Virus record (IMG/VR): IMGVR_UViG_3300027780_001348 | Location: 1 to 57,527 of that record | From: a virus | Lineage: Duplodnaviria; Caudoviricetes | Reading direction: 5' to 3' (one strand) | DNA length: 57,527 nt | Shown here: positions 38,690-47,400 of the stretch, one piece after another | How positions within the stretch are numbered: the first letter of the stretch is position 1 | Layout: each line of letters begins with the position of its first letter | Made by a program: the position numbers and the translations under genes | Notes under the pieces: generated by a model | The model's input: only the letters and a program-made list of their open reading frames with translations | What the model was told of the DNA's origin: nothing | Databases searched by the model: none

Positions 38690-39010
38690 ATGAAATGCGA
38701 ACAAGGTGATTTAGCTAAAATTATATACTCTGTTAGACCAGAGAATATCGGCAAGATTGTTTTGGTTGAGAACTACATCGGAAAGTACAAGGCAGGGGAA
38801 TCTTTTGATTTCAAAGGACTAGCCTGTTTAATTCCTGTAACAGATCATTACTGGTGGATATCCGCAGAACATGGATTAAGTAACATGTTTGGAGATGCAC
38901 CGAAAGCCTACATTGCTGACACATGGTTGGAACCTATCCGACCTGAAACTGGCAAGAATAGAACTGCGTCTGTCGTAAAAGACAAAGTAGTAGATAGACA
39001 AGCCGCATAA
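38690..39010 (+). CDS. hypothetical protein
   Basis: MKC..GDLA...D.WL.PI phage motif. Confidence 0.75.
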   Translation: MKCEQGDLAKIIYSVRPENIGKIVLVENYIGKYKAGESFDFKGLACLIPVTDHYWWISAEHGLSNMFGDAPKAYIADTWLEPIRPETGKNRTASVVKDKVVDRQAA

Positions 39011-39024
39011 CAAAAGGAAATAAA

Positions 39025-39228
39025 ATGACAACAGGAAAAGTAAAATGGTTTAATGCAGAGAAAGGTTATGGCTTCATTACACCAGACGATGGCTCAAAAG
39101 ATGTGTTCGCACATTTCTCAGCTATTTCAAGCGAAGGGTTTAAGACTTTAACAGAGAATCAAGCTGTTTCGTATGAACTAGAACAAGGTCCGAAAGGTCC
39201 TCAAGCGTCGAACATTCAATCTCTTTAA
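39025..39228 (+). CDS. cspA: cold-shock protein
   Basis: [30 protein letters not shown]. Confidence 0.96.
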   Translation: MTTGKVKWFNAEKGYGFITPDDGSKDVFAHFSAISSEGFKTLTENQAVSYELEQGPKGPQASNIQSL

Positions 39229-39245
39229 TAAAGATTTGAATAGGG

Positions 39246-39268
39246 AAAAAGGGCTTCGGCCCTTTTTT
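39246..39268 (+). terminator. intrinsic terminator (bidirectional)
   Basis: AAAAAGGGC-TTCG-GCCCTTTTTT. Confidence 0.9.
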
Positions 39269-39309
39269 CTTGACTTGTTGCTCGCTTGATGTTATATTAT
39301 AAATACTAT

Positions 39310-39658
39310 CGTAACGTTGAAGCAATTTAAACGCTATACAGGACTCGGGGGCAGTACCCGACGCCTCCACCATAAGCACTCTAGTGATACTTAGGAACGG
39401 TATCTTAAACATTGTGTCCCTTAGGCCGAATCGTAGATTATCGTGGTCGGATACGCAGGCTAGAGTGTTTATGATGGGGGCGAACTAGGATCGACTGGTA
39501 GTTAATAGAGTTAGTGGAGTTACCGGGATGTAAGCGCCGTTACCGCGAACAAACTTTGTAAATGCAAACGCAAATACAGCGCCAGGAATGGCATTAGCGG
39601 CTTAGTCTAACTAAGCACGTAGGGGTTGGTAACTTACCTGGCAACAGAAAAGTTACGC
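39310..39658 (+). ncRNA. ssrA: circularly permuted two-piece tmRNA; tag (A)ANANTAPGMALAA
   Basis: Acceptor piece ...TCGGGGGCAGTACCCGACGCCTCCACCA ends at 39372; coding piece starts GGGGGCGAA...GGATCGAC at 39476 with a G3:U pair; tag ORF 39564-39605. Confidence 0.93.
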
Positions 39659-39659
39659 T

Positions 39660-39733
39660 GCGGGTATTGTGTAATGGTAAGACCTTAGGTTTCCAACCTA
39701 AAGATAGGAGTTCGATTCTCCTTACCCGCTCCA
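39660..39733 (+). tRNA. tRNA-Gly(TCC)
   Basis: GCGGGTA stem, TTAGG-TTTCCAA-CCTAA, TTCGATT, TCCA. Confidence 0.93.
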
Positions 39734-39760
39734 TAAACTAAACAAATGTTAACTTAGGGG

Positions 39761-39789
39761 TTGACAGATACTAAATAACACTGTATATT
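39761..39789 (+). promoter_or_regulatory. sigma70-type promoter of the leader-tRNA operon
   Basis: TTGACA-N17-TATATT; TAAATA motifs also at 39772 and 39801. Confidence 0.8.
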
Positions 39790-39826
39790 AAGTTATACAT
39801 TAAATAATAGAACAACAGGAATTACA

Positions 39827-39889
39827 ATGCACAAGACAGCACAACAATCATTTTATTGGTGCCCACCGACAGGGAGGGGTTTGTCTTGA
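39827..39889 (+). CDS. leader peptide MHKTAQQSFYWCPPTGRGLS
   Basis: AGGA RBS 6 nt upstream; lies between the promoter and the terminator. Confidence 0.75.
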   Translation: MHKTAQQSFYWCPPTGRGLS

Positions 39890-39919
39890 TGTGACTTTTT
39901 AACAAAGTGATATTTTTAT

Positions 39920-39956
39920 AAGCCCTTAGCACAAATAGTGTTAGGGGCTTTTTTTT
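39920..39956 (+). terminator. attenuator terminator upstream of the tRNA cluster
   Basis: AAGCCCTTAGCAC-AAATA-GTGTTAGGGGCTT ending in a T8 tract. Confidence 0.88.
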
Positions 39957-39965
39957 GAAGTTTAT

Positions 39966-40040
39966 ATAGGTGTAGTGTTAATGGCAACACGGGTGATTCC
40001 AAACCACCAGCTCTCAGTTCGAATCTGAGCATCTATGCCA
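39966..40040 (+). tRNA. tRNA-Trp(CCA)
   Basis: ATAGGTG/CATCTAT stem, TTCCAAA loop, TTCGAAT, CCA. Confidence 0.9.
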
Positions 40041-40046
40041 ATTTAA

Positions 40047-40128
40047 GCAGAGTAGGTTCCACGGTGGGACATCGGACTGTAAATCCGACGCTAACGCATA
40101 GTAGGTTCGACTCCTACACTCTGCACCA
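40047..40128 (+). tRNA. tRNA-Tyr(GTA)
   Basis: TCGGA-CTGTAAA-TCCGA, variable arm, CCA. Confidence 0.9.
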
Positions 40129-40133
40129 GTTAA

Positions 40134-40211
40134 CTCGATGTAGCTCAGTCTGGTTAGAGCACTCCGTTTGGGGCGGAGGGGTCGTAGGTTCGAATCCTAC
40201 CATCGAGACCA
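40134..40211 (+). tRNA. tRNA-Pro(TGG)
   Basis: CTCCG-TTTGGGG-CGGAG, CCA. Confidence 0.95.
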
Positions 40212-40216
40212 AGTTA

Positions 40217-40304
40217 GGAGAGTTGGCAGAGTGGCCGATTGCACTGGTTTTGAAAACCAGAGAACCGAAAGGTTCCGTGAGTTCGAATCTCACACTCTCC
40301 GCCA
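40217..40304 (+). tRNA. tRNA-Ser(TGA)
   Basis: CTGGT-TTTGAAA-ACCAG, long variable arm, GCCA. Confidence 0.95.
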
Positions 40305-40308
40305 ATAT

Positions 40309-40384
40309 TGGGGTGTAGCATAATTGGTAATGCATCCGGTTTTGATCCGGACGAGTGTAGGTTCGAATCCTACCACCCCAGCCA
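40309..40384 (+). tRNA. tRNA-Gln(TTG)
   Basis: TCCGG-TTTTGAT-CCGGA, U1-A72, GCCA. Confidence 0.95.
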
Positions 40385-40388
40385 ATAT

Positions 40389-40473
40389 GTGAGCGTGGCG
40401 GAATGGTTACGCAGTGGATTGCAAATCCATCAGTCCGAAAGGCATGCAGGTTCGAGTCCTGTCGCTCACTCCA
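40389..40473 (+). tRNA. tRNA-Cys(GCA) with long variable region
   Basis: GTGGA-TTGCAAA-TCCAT, U73 discriminator, CCA. Confidence 0.9.
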
Positions 40474-40540
40474 TCTTCGGTTGACAACGTTAACAGTTTG
40501 TAGTATAATAGTTAATTATTACTTAACTAAGGCACGTACT

Positions 40541-40894
40541 ATGAATATATTGCACAACTTTTTAATTCCAGAAGCTGAACACCGTAACGCATATTGGGCA
40601 AAGCAACCTATAAACGATCCAGGAACACTTAACGGATTTAAAGGTACATTTGCATTCAGTGAACACAGTCGAATTCCGCAAGGCATTGTAGAGTTCTTAT
40701 TAGAACACTTTCATAAAAAATGTTTTAAGACTGCTAACAGTTGGAAGAAGAATCATATTGAAGCAATTCCACTTGATGAAATAAACGAGCTGATGAACGA
40801 GCTATGGGACGGGCCAGGCAGCATGATTAAAATAGCACGTCTAACAAACGAAATGCGTATTGCTAGGTTGTGGGACGACGATGATGAAGACTAA
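40541..40894 (+). CDS. hypothetical protein
   Basis: Start reassigned downstream of the TTGACA...TATAAT promoter. Confidence 0.7.
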   Translation: MNILHNFLIPEAEHRNAYWAKQPINDPGTLNGFKGTFAFSEHSRIPQGIVEFLLEHFHKKCFKTANSWKKNHIEAIPLDEINELMNELWDGPGSMIKIARLTNEMRIARLWDDDDED

Positions 40895-40907
40895 ATTAGG
40901 AGGCATT

Positions 40908-41108
40908 ATGCAATACCTTAAAGAAGTAACAGTTTGGGATACTCCCGTTCAGAATCACACATATATTGTTAACGAAGGCGGCAACTTGGCAGGCTACATT
41001 AAGCAAGGTACTACTGAAGAGATTATCTTTTCAAAGCCTTTGAAGCAATGGTCCAAGAGCCACCGCAAATTTGAGAAGGTCGTCATCTATGACGATCAGA
41101 GAAGTTAG
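40908..41108 (+). CDS. conserved phage hypothetical protein
   Basis: AGGAGG RBS; E.T.W...NHTY motif. Confidence 0.75.
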   Translation: MQYLKEVTVWDTPVQNHTYIVNEGGNLAGYIKQGTTEEIIFSKPLKQWSKSHRKFEKVVIYDDQRS

Positions 41109-41110
41109 CG

Positions 41111-41257
41111 ATGAATAAGTGCAGTGAATGTGGCGAAGCATACTTTACTTCACCGTATTATACAGCAGGAAGGCAACACATATTCTGTGGACCAGAGTGC
41201 AGTTTAAAATGGCATATCAGAGAAAATAAAGACAACGAAAAATTGTCCGAAACGTAG
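41111..41257 (+). CDS. small TRASH/MYM-type zinc-finger protein (48 aa)
   Basis: CSECG...FCGPEC; hand translated. Confidence 0.6.
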   Translation: MNKCSECGEAYFTSPYYTAGRQHIFCGPECSLKWHIRENKDNEKLSET

Positions 41258-41332
41258 TACTTGTATTCAGATCTAACTATAGTGTCTAGAGTACAGGGTA
41301 AATAATTTGCACGACAATAAAGGAAGAACTTA

Positions 41333-41911
41333 ATGATTGCAGGCTTTAAAATTCCACACGTTACTTTTAAGACAAGAGTTCGTGACGAAACAATTGAAGG
41401 ACCAAACCCATACCGTTGGCAAGACATGACAACAGACGATTACTTTAAAGGTAAGCGTGTAGTGTTATTCAGTTTGCCGGGTGCATTTACACCTACTTGC
41501 TCAACGTATCAGCTACCAGGTTTTGAAGAGAACTACAACAAAATTTGTGAAATGGGAATTGACGACATTTATTGCATGAGTGTCAATGACGCATTTGTTA
41601 TGAACAAATGGGCCAAAGATCAATGCATCGAACGTGTTAAAGTTATTCCAGATGGCTCCGGCGACTTTACCCGATTTATGGGCATGTTAATTGGAAAGTA
41701 CCATTTGGGATTTGGTTTACGTAGCTGGCGATACATGGCTATCGTTAACGATGGCGTAGTAGAACAGTGGTGGCAGGAACCTGGCATTAACAACGAAGGC
41801 TTAGACGATGATCCGTATGGCGAAACCGCTCCGGAAAACTGTTTAGCTTTTTTGAAAACTCATTCATCGACGTTTGAGTTTATTAAGAACATCAACAACG
41901 AGAAAGTTTAG
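41333..41911 (+). CDS. Peroxiredoxin (Prx5 type)
   Basis: LPGAFTPTCS, VNDAFVM, RSWRY. Confidence 0.94.
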   Translation: MIAGFKIPHVTFKTRVRDETIEGPNPYRWQDMTTDDYFKGKRVVLFSLPGAFTPTCSTYQLPGFEENYNKICEMGIDDIYCMSVNDAFVMNKWAKDQCIERVKVIPDGSGDFTRFMGMLIGKYHLGFGLRSWRYMAIVNDGVVEQWWQEPGINNEGLDDDPYGETAPENCLAFLKTHSSTFEFIKNINNEKV

Positions 41912-42029
41912 TTAGTATATAACTCTACAGTTGTATACGATTAAATAGATCGATGTTGGATAATAACCGTACAGTGGACAATGATGTCCACTGTTTTTTT
42001 AGTTTTAAGGAACAAGGAAAAGTAAACAC

Positions 42030-42644
42030 ATGAATAAAATAATAATAACAGCAGCAGCAGTTGCATTAATGGCAACCGCAGTACAAGCTGATAATTTTGA
42101 CAAGACAGGGGTAAACATTAACCTTTCTAGAGACAACACAACCTTTTCAGTAGGTACTGGTGCAAACAGTGATTTTAGTCACGAAGCAAACGTTTTTGGC
42201 GTAGCTCACGACTTTGGTACAGCAACAGTAGGTCTTGAATTTATCGACAACGATGCTGTTGAAGATTATCGTTTAACAGTTGGTAAAACTTTTACTACTA
42301 CACAAGACGAGTTAGAACCATCTAGAGTATCGTTTTATGCTACTCCAGAGCTTCACTACACAACTGGTGATTCAACAACTAAAGACGAGTTAAGATTTAG
42401 TCCAGTTGTTGGCGCAGCATTTGATATGGGTATTGTAACTCCATATGCTGAAGTAGGCTATGATTGGAAATCTTCTAAAGGCGACTTTATGGATTTTGAT
42501 GAAGCAGATGCATTTGCACAAGTTGGTCTTTCGTATGGTGTAACTCCTACTACTACAGTAAATGTAGCAGTGTTACAGCAAATGGACACAGACTTTAATA
42601 GAACTGATAGAGAAGCAGTTGTATCGTTTAACGTTAACTTCTAA
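42030..42644 (+). CDS. outer-membrane beta-barrel protein
   Basis: Signal peptide, amphipathic strands, C-terminal Phe. Confidence 0.8.
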   Translation: MNKIIITAAAVALMATAVQADNFDKTGVNINLSRDNTTFSVGTGANSDFSHEANVFGVAHDFGTATVGLEFIDNDAVEDYRLTVGKTFTTTQDELEPSRVSFYATPELHYTTGDSTTKDELRFSPVVGAAFDMGIVTPYAEVGYDWKSSKGDFMDFDEADAFAQVGLSYGVTPTTTVNVAVLQQMDTDFNRTDREAVVSFNVNF

Positions 42645-42662
42645 GTTAGCTTAAACTACTCC

Positions 42663-42699
42663 AAAAGGTGCCAATTTCCGACATTTTGGCACCTTTTTT
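42663..42699 (+). terminator. intrinsic terminator
   Basis: AAAAGGTGCCAA...TTGGCACCTTTTTT. Confidence 0.8.
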
Positions 42700-42763
42700 C
42701 TTGACTTTTTGTTCAAGTGGTGCTATTATAATACTAAGTTAATAACTTATAGAGGCACACATT

Positions 42764-43018
42764 ATGGCACAAAAAGGCAAATACGGACCAAGATATCTCA
42801 AAGTAGACTTCTTTGATATGTCTAAGCATTGGGCAGTAGGAACAGAGTACGCAGTCCAAGGCAGCGGCACAAACGAGTACACTATTGAGTTTACTCCAAA
42901 AGGATTCACTTGTAACTGCATTGGAATGACAATGCATGGTAAGTGTAAGCACACCAAAGCAATAGCAGAGCGTTGGGAGTATGCTTGTTCAGATAATTTT
43001 ATTGAAGGAGCAGCGTAA
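42764..43018 (+). CDS. SWIM zinc-finger protein
   Basis: V.GS...Y...CNC...CKH. Confidence 0.85.
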   Translation: MAQKGKYGPRYLKVDFFDMSKHWAVGTEYAVQGSGTNEYTIEFTPKGFTCNCIGMTMHGKCKHTKAIAERWEYACSDNFIEGAA

Positions 43019-43443
43019 TGACTATGCATCTTGCACGTGGCCTTTCCACATTAAATACAAAAGTACGTAAGAAGAAACCTCTTACAAAATCACAAATTGA
43101 AAAACTTACAGTAGCACACCGTAAGCACAATAAATTCCTAAAATCAATCCGTAGCGAAACACTATCGTTTGACGATTATGTTCTTTACACTCGCGGACAG
43201 TACAAGCCAAAGACACAAAGGAAACCACAAGAATATAAACCTTCAGCTGTGTTTTCACGTCCGAATTCAAGTACTAATGATATTCCAAGTTTAGATTCTG
43301 GCACCTACAATGCGTTTAAAAAAGAAACGCCCAAGTATACCGGTAACCTTATTGTTGGCATTGCAACAATGCATAAGAGTAATGCAGTTCCTGTTATGCG
43401 TGGAACCAACCAAGCTAAAGAAATTAGCAGTATGCGTAGATAA
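43018..43443 (+). CDS. conserved phage hypothetical protein
   Basis: YTG..IVGIATMHKSNAVPV. Confidence 0.8.
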   Translation: MTMHLARGLSTLNTKVRKKKPLTKSQIEKLTVAHRKHNKFLKSIRSETLSFDDYVLYTRGQYKPKTQRKPQEYKPSAVFSRPNSSTNDIPSLDSGTYNAFKKETPKYTGNLIVGIATMHKSNAVPVMRGTNQAKEISSMRR

Positions 43444-43485
43444 TATTGTCAAAACATAGTCTAAATAAAACATGGAGAGAAATAA

Positions 43486-44079
43486 ATGAATAAACTTACT
43501 AAAACTATCGCCGGCGTGATTGCATTATCCGTTATGCTTAAGACAACTGTATTAGTTGCAGAGACACAGATGAATGGCACTCATGCCATAGAATTTGAGC
43601 AAGAGCTGTTTTCAAAAGAGCAACACCCAGAAGCGTACTGTCTTGCTCTTAATATATATTATGAATCAAGAAGTGATAACATTGCCGGAATGGCAGCAGT
43701 ATCAGACGTAGTACTAAACAGGGTAGAAAGTACAGTTTATCCAAATACCGTTTGCGATGTTATCAAACAAGCAAAAATGAAAGAGAGCTGGAAAACAAAA
43801 CAATTTCCAGACTTAGATGATTCTGAAAGGAAGTATATTCCAATTCGGAACAGGTGTCAGTTCAGTTGGTTCTGCGATGGCAAAGCCGACAAGCCTGCAT
43901 CAGGCGATTCTTGGAACAAGGCACAAACTATAGCTTATCGAATGTTAGAATACAACTACCTTCGTGGCATTTCAGAAGGCGCTACACACTATCATGCAAC
44001 CTATGTTGATCCTAAATGGAACGATAACATGTTGTTAGTAGGAAGAATTGGACTTCACATATTTTACGTGCAAAGATAA
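43486..44079 (+). CDS. SleB-like cell wall hydrolase
   Basis: CLALNIYYESR, VVLNRV, CQFSWFCDG, GATHYHA, IG.HIFY. Confidence 0.93.
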   Translation: MNKLTKTIAGVIALSVMLKTTVLVAETQMNGTHAIEFEQELFSKEQHPEAYCLALNIYYESRSDNIAGMAAVSDVVLNRVESTVYPNTVCDVIKQAKMKESWKTKQFPDLDDSERKYIPIRNRCQFSWFCDGKADKPASGDSWNKAQTIAYRMLEYNYLRGISEGATHYHATYVDPKWNDNMLLVGRIGLHIFYVQR

Positions 44080-44335
44080 ATTATTGACCCAAAGCAGCAT
44101 CTTAGATGAATTACATAAAAATTCAAAGTACCCCGCCTGTGTTGGTCTTACAAGGATTGGATCTAGCATATGGCCTTGGTGCCAACAAAGAACAGAAAGT
44201 TGGACGGACATGAAGAGTCGTCCTTACCCTTGGCATCTAAGGATAGTTCCTAATCGTTTTATATGGTACACCCGAGATGGTGCAATACTACAGTTTTGGA
44301 AAGAAAAGTATCCAAAACAACCTAAAAAGACTTGA
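44048..44335 (+). CDS. hypothetical protein
   Basis: ORF track; start uncertain. Confidence 0.4.
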   Translation: MDFTYFTCKDKLLTQSSILDELHKNSKYPACVGLTRIGSSIWPWCQQRTESWTDMKSRPYPWHLRIVPNRFIWYTRDGAILQFWKEKYPKQPKKT

Positions 44336-44393
44336 CAACTAGCGCAAACTATACTATACTAAAAGAACATTAACACACACAGAGAGGCATGTT

Positions 44394-44885
44394 ATGAAAA
44401 CGAAGGCAACATTAAAGGCATTAACTGTAGGTACACTGATTCTAGGATTAGGTGCATGTAGTTCAATGAAGACAATTGATATTCGAGAAACTAAAGCTAA
44501 TCCAAGTTGGTATATGGATTGTGAACAAATTGGTTCAGAAGGTTTCTTGTTCTGGAAAGACAAGTATGCTTATGCATGTGGAATGGGCGAAAGCAAATTT
44601 GAACAAGCATCAGAAGCACAAGCGTATGCATTTGCTGTAAAAGGTTTTGCAGAACGTATTAACGGAACTGTAAACAGTTCAACTACAGTTGATATCCAAA
44701 ACGACACACGTAAAGACAGAACATATGTCGAACATATGGTTAAGGATACAACTATCCGTGAACATCTTGAAGTTAAGAAATACTCATACGAACTAGCAGC
44801 AACTAGTCGTGTGCATACGTATGTTCGAATTAAGATGCCACTAGAAACATTTGATCGACTTATTGCTGAAGCAAAGGTACAATAA
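44394..44885 (+). CDS. lipoprotein (LPP20-like)
   Basis: LGAC lipobox; P.WY motif. Confidence 0.75.
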   Translation: MKTKATLKALTVGTLILGLGACSSMKTIDIRETKANPSWYMDCEQIGSEGFLFWKDKYAYACGMGESKFEQASEAQAYAFAVKGFAERINGTVNSSTTVDIQNDTRKDRTYVEHMVKDTTIREHLEVKKYSYELAATSRVHTYVRIKMPLETFDRLIAEAKVQ

Positions 44886-44886
44886 A

Positions 44887-45213
44887 ATGCTTAGACTAGC
44901 TTTGCTGTTAGCTGGGCTGGCTGCAATGACAGGGTGTGCATCTAAGCCACATGTTATTGCTGAGAAGCCGCAATATTGTCATACATCACAGGACATCATG
45001 ATACAGAACGGAGAGACTGTTGACAGTCGAACTCACGTAGAATGTACAGACGATGACATAAAAAGGTTGTTCCAGGTTAAATCTGGTATGGCTCCAAACT
45101 GTGGTGAATTTAATTACTGGATGCTCGTAGGAGGATATAATGTTCAAAGAAAAGGTGTTAGCTGTCAAAAGCCTGATGGCAGTTGGGAAATTGTCAATAC
45201 TGCTCTTAATTAG
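44887..45213 (+). CDS. lipoprotein
   Basis: MTGC lipobox; C-terminal CQKPDGSWEIV. Confidence 0.75.
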   Translation: MLRLALLLAGLAAMTGCASKPHVIAEKPQYCHTSQDIMIQNGETVDSRTHVECTDDDIKRLFQVKSGMAPNCGEFNYWMLVGGYNVQRKGVSCQKPDGSWEIVNTALN

Positions 45214-45577
45214 CAGTCCGGCAGTTTCAGCAGATTTTACTAATCCAAAGTTTTTTGATTATTCATCTAATCAAGGAACCACAAGGATGTTGGAATGGTC
45301 CTTTGGTTGGTTTAAAAAATTAGATCCAACACAACGAGAAGCATACATGAGTAGCGTAACACATGCATTACTTTATGCAGAAACTGGCGACAGTGTTCGT
45401 TGGAATGTATTTGATGCAAGTGGTATCTCAACTCCAGTTATGACTTGGCCTACAGGGTCTGGGTATTGCAGAAGGTTGCATTTAACTGCTATTGCATACA
45501 ATAAACAACAAACTATGACAGTTACTGGTTGCTATAATAATAGTAGCGCAGATTGGTCATGGTATTCTGGTAAATAG
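45140..45577 (+). CDS. 17-kDa surface antigen (RT0821/Lpp0805)-like protein
   Basis: G..V.W...SG...P...YCR...C...W pattern. Confidence 0.65.
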   Translation: MFKEKVLAVKSLMAVGKLSILLLISSPAVSADFTNPKFFDYSSNQGTTRMLEWSFGWFKKLDPTQREAYMSSVTHALLYAETGDSVRWNVFDASGISTPVMTWPTGSGYCRRLHLTAIAYNKQQTMTVTGCYNNSSADWSWYSGK

Positions 45578-45582
45578 TATAT

Positions 45583-47337
45583 ATGATATTAGGAATTTTA
45601 ACACTTTTAACAGCTCTGACTATCAGTGCTATTGCAATCTACTACTCTGTAGCAGGTTTAGTTGCCATCTTTGCGGCAGCGGCAGTACCTATTATAATCA
45701 TGGGCACCGCATTAGAAGTAGGTAAACTAGTAACAGCAGTTTGGTTGCACAAGTATTGGCAGCAGGCTCGCTGGTGGTTAAAAGGATACTTGTCTATTGC
45801 AGTATTGGTCCTTATGTTTATTACTTCTATGGGAATCTTTGGATTTTTATCTAAAGCACACATCGAACAAACTAGTGCAGGGCAAGAAAGTGTTGCACAA
45901 GTAGAACGTCTAGAAAGCGAAATTACACGTCAGCAAGACGTAGTTGAACGTGCAGAACAAAAGATTGCATCGTTACAAACTAGCGGTACAGGTAATGATG
46001 CTAATGTACAGTCACAAATTGATAAAGAACAAGAACGTATTGAATCAGCATACGATAGAATTAAACCTGCTATTGCAGAACAAAACACAATTATTGCTAA
46101 CGTAACAGCATTATTTCAAACAGAGCTAGACAAGATTGACAAGGAATTACAAATCCTGCAAGGCTATGTAGACAACAACGAAATTAAAAAAGCACAACAA
46201 ATGATTGGTGCAAGTGCTGATGGTGTGTTTGGTAAAAAGACTGCTGAGAAGATTGGTGATTGGAAAAAAGCTAAACAAGCAGAACGTGCAGAATGGTTAG
46301 TTAAGATACAAGAATCTGCTAACTCAGCAACAGTACAAGCCGCACGTACAGAAATAGCACGGTTGCGTGATAACGCTGACAAACAGATTGCACAGTCAAA
46401 CAAACTTATTGAGAGATTACGCAGTCAGCTTGGTAACACTGATAAAGCAGACGATATTGATTCACAAGTAGATGAACAAAACGTTCGTATTAAAACAGCT
46501 AACGCAGAAATTGATGATCTTATAGACGAGAAGTTTGCACTAGAAGGCGAGTATCGTAAACTAGAAGCAGAAGTAGGACCTATTAAATATATTGCTGAAT
46601 TTGTTTACGGTGAAAATGCTGACAACTCCATGTTAGAAGAAGCAGTGAAGTGGGTAATAATTATTATTATCTTTGTGTTTGATCCACTTGCTGTACTATT
46701 ACTAATTGCAAGTCAATATACGTTTGAATGGAGACGTGACCAAAAAGGTGGCACGTTGCCCCCAAAGTCAGATCCAGACCCAGATCCAATCTTGCCCACT
46801 CCACCTTTTACGGACGAAGAATGGGAAGAAGCACATCAAGAAAACATAGAACGTAAGCATACTGAAGCACTAGAAGAAAATGAAGCGTGGACAACTAAAC
46901 GTCAAGAACAAGCAAGAGCTCAATTAATTGCTGATAATGTTCCACCTGACTTTGCAACTTTATCTAAAGAGATGATTGAAGAAGATGATCTTGAGAAATG
47001 GAATAAAATGGTTGATGCCGCAGAGGCAGCAGTTGCAGAAGAAGTAGATGATGATGAAGATGACGATAGTGTATTTGAAGGTGTAGACAGCCAAGAAGCT
47101 GAAGCTATGAAAAAGTGGAAAGCCGAAGATCCACAAAAGAACAAATTAAAGACAAGCAGAATTAATCATACCCTTGGTAGAATAAAAGAACTACCGTGGA
47201 AAAAGTATTTAGAAGCTGAACCAGATTACCAAATTATTCCTGAGTTACAAGAAGAATTAAAAAAAAAGAAGTCTTTAAGTTGGATCGAAAAGGAAGGTTC
47301 AACTCAAGTCAAGAAAACAATAGAGAAAGAAGTTTAG
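45583..47337 (+). CDS. membrane-anchored coiled-coil protein
   Basis: Three N-terminal TM segments, long coiled coil, EVGPIKYIA, IIFVFDPLAV TM, acidic tail. Confidence 0.85.
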   Translation: MILGILTLLTALTISAIAIYYSVAGLVAIFAAAAVPIIIMGTALEVGKLVTAVWLHKYWQQARWWLKGYLSIAVLVLMFITSMGIFGFLSKAHIEQTSAGQESVAQVERLESEITRQQDVVERAEQKIASLQTSGTGNDANVQSQIDKEQERIESAYDRIKPAIAEQNTIIANVTALFQTELDKIDKELQILQGYVDNNEIKKAQQMIGASADGVFGKKTAEKIGDWKKAKQAERAEWLVKIQESANSATVQAARTEIARLRDNADKQIAQSNKLIERLRSQLGNTDKADDIDSQVDEQNVRIKTANAEIDDLIDEKFALEGEYRKLEAEVGPIKYIAEFVYGENADNSMLEEAVKWVIIIIIFVFDPLAVLLLIASQYTFEWRRDQKGGTLPPKSDPDPDPILPTPPFTDEEWEEAHQENIERKHTEALEENEAWTTKRQEQARAQLIADNVPPDFATLSKEMIEEDDLEKWNKMVDAAEAAVAEEVDDDEDDDSVFEGVDSQEAEAMKKWKAEDPQKNKLKTSRINHTLGRIKELPWKKYLEAEPDYQIIPELQEELKKKKSLSWIEKEGSTQVKKTIEKEV

Positions 47338-47400
47338 GATATATACAGAATGCAGAGCAATCCGAAACTTCAATTTGGCAACGAGTAAAAGCAGTAGCAA

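Noticed and set aside
39966-40304. Stop-codon recoding or suppressor tRNAs
   Set aside because: Ser(TGA) is an anticodon reading TCA, not a suppressor; genes translate intact in code 11 with all three stops in use.
39140-40540. ORFs 39140..39412, 40064..40318, 40114..40335 and the 5' part of 40403..40894
   Set aside because: They overlap tmRNA/tRNA genes and are spurious.
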